NCBI RefSeq assembly: GCF_964188315.1
Contig: NC_135671.1
Span: forward strand, 38,378,001-38,442,000
From: Podarcis muralis
Lineage: Eukaryota
Reading direction: 5' to 3'
DNA: 64,000 bases
The position numbers were made by a program, and so were the translations under genes. This document shows, in pieces, positions 59,767 to 64,000 of the stretch; within the stretch, counting starts at the first letter, position 1, and each line of letters opens with the position of its first letter. A model generated the notes under the pieces. That model saw nothing but the letters and a program-made list of their open reading frames with translations. It was not told the origin of the DNA and made no database searches.

Positions 59767-60057
59767 CTGTGGGGGGAAGAGACGCAGAGTGAGACAAACT
59801 CCTGTAGAGGGAAGCCCACCCTCCATATCTATATGCACTGTTGGGAAAGGGTGGGCTCATGGGAGCTGGTGGCCAGGCAGGACTGCGTATAGACGAGAGG
59901 AGATAGAAGACGGGATCCAGGAAGATCAGAGTGGGCAATACTGACAATGGGAACGGAGAGCACACAACCAAGGGTGCGCAATACTCTCAATGGGTCATTG
60001 GCAACAAAGCTATTGTTATTATATTGGATTTCCCCATAAAGGGCTAATCTGGATTAA

Positions 60058-60125
60058 GAGTCACCTTGGTTCCCAGCTTGAGAGAAAGGTGGGATACAAA
60101 TACGGTACATTAAATAAATAACTAA
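60058..60125 (+). mobile_element. L2-type 3' tail fragment
   Basis: gagtcaccttggttcccagcttgagagaaaggtgggatacaaat...(taaa)n. Confidence 0.5.
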
Positions 60126-60755
60126 AAATATGGGCTAGAATATTGATGACAATAACACTGTGCAGACACTGCAAAAAAACTTGTATGCATGAGAACCAAT
60201 CCCACAATAAAAACATGTCTGGAAGCACCCCAAGTTGAAGGAAAGAGTCACAGATGTAACAGCAGGTCAAGGAGAACCAGAGGTCTGAAGAGGACAACCA
60301 TGAAGATACAAGGAGCCAGAGCTCTCTCTGAGGCAGCCATATTGCTCTGAGGTGGAGCTATGGAATTTGCTCTTCTCATTTTCTTAACCAAACTGCCCAC
60401 AGTCTTGTCCTGACTTTTCAAGGGCTGCTGGGACATGGGGCTAGAGCAATGGATGTTTATTCCAGCTGTGCCTCATTCCTCACCCCTCAAGAGAAAGAGA
60501 AGCCTAAATACATATGTATGCAATTGCACACACCTGTCTCCTGTTAAGGTTGCCTCCCCCTTTCCCTCCCTCTCTCATCTTCCTCACTTGCAACATTTAT
60601 ACAGTAAGCTTGGGGCAGGGGCCTGTCTATTTCCCCTTTTGTTACTTGAGGCTGTGTATACACACCATACCTTATAGCATATTCAAATCATATACTTTCC
60701 CTCAAATAATTCTGGACACTCGTTTACCCCACATGGAGTTATAATGTTCAGCAAC

Positions 60756-60887
60756 CAAGGCTTTTCCCCCCAGCTGGAACTCACCAGAGCTCAGTTCCGG
60801 CACCTCTCAGCTGGGTGCCCTTTCCATTCTAAGAGAACAAGGGAGGCATTGAGTCTTGGCACCTCCTTTTCTAGAAAAATAGCACTG
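60756..60887. mobile_element. hAT-type MITE
   Basis: Termini caaggctttt / aaaatagcactg, 8-bp TSD tcagcaac / ccagcaac (7/8 identical). Confidence 0.7.
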
Positions 60888-61223
60888 CCAGCAACCCTTA
60901 TGACAGCGCCCAGAATTCTTTGAAGTGGAAATGTGCTTCGGATATGCTTTAAAGGTTTAGTGTGTACAAAACCTCAGTTAAGATGCTTGATATATTGATA
61001 TAATAGCAACAACAGCCTATGGGGCCATGGGCCTATGAAACCTCATAAGACACGAAGAGCACAAGCAACATTGTATGATAAAATTTATTATTAAAGCAAG
61101 AGTGTATGAAAAGCCCAGTTTCTTAAAAAAACAAGAACAACTAGCCAGCCAGCCAGCCACCAATACACATTTCCATCCATGTATTCATCCATCCATCTTG
61201 TCTTTCCCACCCGCCCCAACTCA

Positions 61224-61520
<297 letters not shown>

Positions 61521-61605
61521 CTACACGCAGCAAACCAAGCCTCTCCCTCCTCCCTCTCTCAACAGTGGACCCAGACCCACCCCTGCCCCTCCCAACTCCA
61601 GCTCA

Positions 61606-61836
<231 letters not shown>

Positions 61837-62326
61837 CTACAAGAGAAGTGGAGAGGAAGGGGCATTGCGGCATTGGAACGTCAGGTATTTGATGGGCAGG
61901 GATGGCATTTTGATGGCAATGACATTGTACGGATGCTGTGAAAAAACATGCATACATCAGTCCCACAATAAATAAGCTTCTCTTTCTGGAAGTATCCAGT
62001 GCCATCGGGAGAACAGGGTGGGAACTCCACATTTGTCTTGAAATAGGTACTTCTGCCCTGAGGGTTTGGAGAACTGTTGGAAGTCAGAGTAGTCATTGGC
62101 TCGGGAAGTCCTTAGACTAGACAGGCCAATGGTCTACGGGAGCCTCATATGCTTGCATTTATTTTGGTTCAATCCACTTTGCAAAGGTTTGTTAGGGCAT
62201 GGAAAGCAATGAACTGGACCGGTATTAAATCATCTACAGGATTAGTTCAATCCAGAGAGAATTTACAGATCAAATTTGGAGGTGTTTCTTCACGCTGTTC
62301 CTGTCTGCTAAAAAACTCCCCTGTTA

Positions 62327-62398
62327 AGGCGTTTCCTGCTTGGCAGGGGGTTGGACTTGATGGCCCTTGTGGTCTATTCCAACTCTATGATTCTATGA
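62327..62398 (+). mobile_element. CR1-type 3' tail
   Basis: ttcctgcttggcagggggttggacttgatggcc...ttccaactctatgattctatga. Confidence 0.75.
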
Positions 62399-63199
62399 AG
62401 GGTGCTGGGGTTTTTTCTGTCTCTGAAATAGTCCTGATTCAAAACCACAAAGCAGTGGTTTTGTTTACCTCTATCCTTCAAGACAAATGGGCCTTACCTC
62501 ACATATTATCTTTGGAGCCTGGTAAGCAACTACTCCTAAAGGACCAATTCACTCATCCCCAGAATTCTCCCCACTTTTTCAACATTCTGCTCAGAACATG
62601 GAGCTGGGCCTCAAACCTGCTTCCTGCCTGGTTCTCAAGTATGTTCTTATAGGAGAGCCTGACTTGATATTCTCCAAGAGCCATATATAATAGAGCAGCT
62701 GTATTCAGCATTTCTCTCATGTCAGCTTAACCTCTCTGCTCCTCAAACATTAATTTTCCATGCACCTTTCCATGATTCTCCCCATATGGCTACTCTTTTC
62801 CAGAAAGGCTATGAGATATACCTACAACTCCCAAATGTGTAATTTCCTAATTTTCGGGCAACGTTAGCTAGGTTCAGCAGGCATTTGCTTAGACGTGCAG
62901 TTGAGCAGGGATGGGAACAAACATACAAGGGACATACAAGCACCCCACCCCCAGTGTCCCAGGGCACACACGTCAGATCTCTATGCAGGTTGGTGAAGAG
63001 GGTTTACACCCCTCAGAAATGGTCCCCACAATCAGGAAGTCTGATATGGCTGGCTCCTACTTGTGGGGAAGTTTCTAAGCACATCGCACCAAACACACTC
63101 AGAAATCCTCTCCCGGGGCTGGCCGAGGGCAGGCTGAGGTTGGTGGGGCAAGTGTCCTCTTCCTCCTCATGGGCCAGACTCCTCTAGGCTTTGCCACTA

Positions 63200-63505
<306 letters not shown>

Positions 63506-63782
63506 TTAGCCTCACTGATGCACAAGGACCAAGCCAGCAATTCAGAGAAGGACTTCTTCTGCAGGAGCTTGAATTGATTCTGCCTTCATTGTCTCTTGTT
63601 GGAAAAGATGTAACCTGTTAAGTTTTTCTACCAACAACACAACCACAAATTTCATGCCTTTCTCCACCACTTCCTTTCCTCTTGGATGTCAAGATTTACC
63701 TTGCCAGAAAACTCTGAACACTTTCAAAACTTGACTGCTGGGAATATAATACATTATGGGTGGTAACCAGGCAGGTAAATTA

Positions 63783-64000
63783 CAGTGGTGTCTCAGGATG
63801 CGAACGGGATCTGTTCTGGAGCCCCGTTCGCATCCTGAACGGAATGTAAGACAAGACTGTGCATGCGTGGGTCGCATTTCGCCATTTCCATGCATGCGTG
63901 TGACATCATTTTGAGTGTTTGCACATGTGCAAGCGGCGAAACTCGGAAGTAATGTGCTCCGTTACTTCCAGGTTGCTGTGGAACGCAACCCAAAAGCACT
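63783..64000. mobile_element. Tc1/mariner MITE cut by the window edge
   Basis: TA + cagtggtgtctc terminus and subterminal hairpin caggatgcgaacggg / cccgttcgcatcctg. Confidence 0.7.

Overview
Vertebrate genomic DNA, almost certainly from a squamate. The Sauria SINE, tRNA-Lys/CR1-tail SINE and MITE families resemble those of lacertid lizards (species not provable from this window). Two convergent, tail-to-tail genes are present, the arrangement known from human Xq28. CCNQ (cyclin Q/FAM58A) is on the + strand: CpG-island promoter at ~17.8-18.7 kb, five coding exons at 21614-29743, 240 aa. ATP2B3 (PMCA3) is on the - strand: its 3' part runs from an exon at 63221-63412 to the terminal exon at 36617-36940, includes the 154-nt alternative site-C exon, and continues beyond the window. 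The first ~17 kb has no recognisable protein-coding exon and contains a 144-N gap. The rest is intronic or intergenic DNA with many SINE, LINE (CR1, L1, L2), MITE (Tc1/mariner, hAT, Harbinger) and Penelope-like remnants. The most notable non-genic signal is a complete minimal type I hammerhead ribozyme motif (27660-27709, - strand) inside a fold-back Penelope-like insertion with a 13-bp TSD in the last CCNQ intron. Most ORFs in the supplied track are spurious.
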